DNA of 64,000 nucleotides from an uncultured Mycoplasma sp. (GTDB lineage Bacteria; Bacillota_I; Bacilli_A; RF39; UBA660): NCBI GenBank assembly GCA_947642635.1, contig CANRTI010000001.1, positions 75,252 to 139,251 of the forward strand, read 5' to 3'. Shown piece by piece: positions 61,969 to 64,000 of this stretch (position 1 is its first letter; each line of letters starts with the position of its first letter). The notes under the pieces were generated by a model. It saw only the letters and a program-made list of their open reading frames with translations, ran no database searches and was not told where the DNA came from. The position numbers and the translations under genes were made by a program.

Positions 61969-62610
61969 TTATCTTACTGTATTTATTAATTCAGCTAATT
62001 TTTTACATTCTTCACTGTTTATTTTAACATATTTTAAATAACAATCAGAACAAAGAGGAACGTATTCGTATTGCTTACTTTTACCATCATCAATAATTAT
62101 ATCTGGACCAATATCTTTGAAAACATTATTTTCTTTTCGAGCATTAAAAATCGCTTTTCTTCCACATTGACAAATACTGCTGCTGCCAATTTCTTCAATA
62201 TGATCAGCAATTGCAAAAATTTGAGCAATTGCTTTACTAAAAATTTTACCTTTAAAATTACTTTTTAACCCATAACAGATAACTGGGATGTTAATTAAAT
62301 GGGCAATTGTCCATAATTCTCTTACTTGATAATCATTTAACATTTCTACTTCATCAACTAAAATAACTTTTGCTGTATAATATAATTTATAATTTTTTTC
62401 AGTTAATAGGGACTCATTTTCATCTAGTAAAATATCTGCTTTTCTCTTCATTTCATTGCGAGAAATAATATTATTCTTACCCTTAGTATCTTTTCTAGAT
62501 TTCATAATAATTATTTTAAAATTGTTATCTTCATAACTATATGCTGTTTGTAAAATATTAAGCGTTTTTCCACCATTCATCGCACTATACTTAAATATCA
62601 TATCTGCCAT
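61969..62610 (-). CDS. tdk: thymidine kinase
   Basis: MNGGKT P-loop, VDEVEML, and a C-terminal zinc-ribbon Cys set (CQCG...CSDC). Confidence 0.92.
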   Translation of the reverse strand: MADMIFKYSAMNGGKTLNILQTAYSYEDNNFKIIIMKSRKDTKGKNNIISRNEMKRKADILLDENESLLTEKNYKLYYTAKVILVDEVEMLNDYQVRELWTIAHLINIPVICYGLKSNFKGKIFSKAIAQIFAIADHIEEIGSSSICQCGRKAIFNARKENNVFKDIGPDIIIDDGKSKQYEYVPLCSDCYLKYVKINSEECKKLAELINTVR

Positions 62611-62740
62611 TTTCTATCCACCTATATTTATAATAAATGATAACTTTCTAATATACAATAATTATTAATTTAATTGATAGTTAGTTGACTTTTTTTATAG
62701 TTTAAAAAAGAAAAGATATAATAATCTCTTCTTAAATAAT

Positions 62741-63130
62741 TTATAAAGTAATTGCTTCTATTTCTTGTAAGGATAAACCAGTACATTTATGAACCATTTC
62801 AATATCTAAGTTGTTTTTTAACATATTTTTAGCAGTCTCTATTGCTTTAGTATTTGCTCCTTGATTTATTCCTAAGTTTATTCCTTCTTGTAGTTTTAAC
62901 TCAGCTGTATCATTTAGTTTTCGTTCCCACATTGATCCAACACTAAAGTAATCTGTTATCCATTCATCTTTATTAAACTTCTCTATGTCTTTTGCCATTT
63001 CTTCTACTATACCTCCTTCTTGTGCTATTAATTTTGCTTCTTCTATACTTTCAGCACTCATTAATTTAAAAAACTTTCTTAGTTCATCATCTATATCATA
63101 ACAGGACATCTCAGGTCTGTCAATGTTCAC
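62741..63130 (-). CDS. fragment resembling the C-terminal half of Rpn/PD-(D/E)XK putative transposase proteins
   Basis: GTG start. The tail EGINLGINQGANTKAIETAKNMLKNNLDIEMVHKCTGLSLQEIEAI matches the typical C-terminus of that family. The nuclease half is absent. Confidence 0.4.
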   Translation of the reverse strand: MNIDRPEMSCYDIDDELRKFFKLMSAESIEEAKLIAQEGGIVEEMAKDIEKFNKDEWITDYFSVGSMWERKLNDTAELKLQEGINLGINQGANTKAIETAKNMLKNNLDIEMVHKCTGLSLQEIEAITL

Positions 63131-63273
63131 TATGTTTAACTCAATTCCTTTTCTTTGATATTCTTTTTTATATTAAAAGAGTAATTATTAAACTACCCTT
63201 CACTATATATATTCGTCACTACACCCTCGATTTCCTTTTTTATTTGTTATATTTTATTAAAAAATAATTTAAA

Positions 63274-63302
63274 ATAAAAAAAATAGTACCAAATGTACTA
63301 TT
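63274..63302 (-). terminator. rho-independent terminator after recO
   Basis: AATAGTAC-atttg-GTACTATT followed by a T-run on the minus strand. Overlaps the recO stop. Confidence 0.6.
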
Positions 63303-64000
63303 ATAACTTAGCAATAGTTTTTAAGAAATCCTTACTTTTTAAATAAAGACCAGTATAATCATCATAATAATTAGTTAAAAATCGATTAATTTCAAGAATA
63401 TCAGCATCTTTAATATTTAATTTGCTAATACTTTTAATATCAATTAAGTAATACATATGAAATATTTTAACTATACTAATAGGAACTATTCGTTCATTTT
63501 GATAACAGTTTTTACAAATAAGGCCACCTTTTTCACTAGATAATGTAACTATTTCTTTTTGATTACCACAACTTATACAACTAGTTAAATTAAGACCTAC
63601 ACCTAAATAATCTAATAATTTTACTTCTAAAATATTAGTTATGACAATTGGATTAAACCCTGTATCAATTTTAATTAAACCATTAATAAAATCATCATAA
63701 ATTTTAGAATCATGTGCTTGGTTTAAAACTTGTTTAATTAAATCACATAAATAGGCAGCATAACTAATTAAAAGAATATCACTTTTAATATTTTTAAAAT
63801 GATTTATTATAGTGACTTCCGAAAGAGTTGATAATTTATTTTCTCTATAATAAATATTAAATAAACCATGAGTCAATTTCATTGTACCAACTCGTAATTT
63901 AGATTTAATACCCATAGCGCCTTTACAAATAAGGCCAATAACTCCATACTCTTTTGTAAAAACATTGATAATTTTTGAAGTATCTCCATAAGGAGTTTCA
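63301..64000 (-). CDS. recO: DNA repair protein RecO; N-terminus lies beyond the window end
   Basis: Zinc finger CISCGN...CKNC. The frame stays open upstream of the track start (…ETPYGDTSKIINVFTKEYGVIGLICKGAMGIK…) up to position 64000. Confidence 0.8.
   Translation of the reverse strand, partial: ETPYGDTSKIINVFTKEYGVIGLICKGAMGIKSKLRVGTMKLTHGLFNIYYRENKLSTLSEVTIINHFKNIKSDILLISYAAYLCDLIKQVLNQAHDSKIYDDFINGLIKIDTGFNPIVITNILEVKLLDYLGVGLNLTSCISCGNQKEIVTLSSEKGGLICKNCYQNERIVPISIVKIFHMYYLIDIKSISKLNIKDADILEINRFLTNYYDDYTGLYLKSKDFLKTIAKL

Overview
Strongly AT-rich chromosomal segment using the standard genetic code, from a low-GC Gram-positive (Bacillota-type, walled) bacterium. Supporting markers are PolC plus DnaE, AddAB, T-box leaders on serS and glyQS, LtaS, an FtsW/RodA-family protein, an LCP protein, PBP5-type carboxypeptidase, SepF/DivIVA and a CotZ/CotY-like protein. 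There are about 55 genes, almost all on the minus strand in one long co-directional block: recO, tdk, glyQS, sepF, divIVA-like, cdsA, rseP, tRNA-Arg, [accessory patch], pcrA, ligA, rluA-like, dnaE, polC, yqeG, yqeH, mutL, mscL, serS, miaB, ltaS, xfp, rmuC, pduL, dus, addB, addA. Most of the window is housekeeping. The stand-out locus is 53.1-56.5 kb. It holds a stand-alone retron-type reverse transcriptase, preceded by a 274-bp non-coding region with msr/msd-like geometry. Upstream of that lie a 354-aa protein of unrecognised family and a SAMHD1/COG1078-like HD phosphohydrolase. The locus sits between pcrA and a tRNA-Arg(CCG) that carries a 15-nt direct repeat of its own 3' end plus two gene remnants. 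Three other features are worth a second look. First, a ~1-kb direct repeat 26.9 kb apart, each copy carrying a frameshifted DUF1016/YhcG nuclease gene. Second, two copies of an unclassified intergenic element: a 39-nt box (35/39 identical) at a fixed distance from a perfect 12-bp stem whose sequence differs completely between copies. Third, dnaE abutting polC. No rRNA, CRISPR array, intact transposase or integrase was seen. All calls rest on reading the sequence and ORF translations by eye; no searches or folding programs were run.
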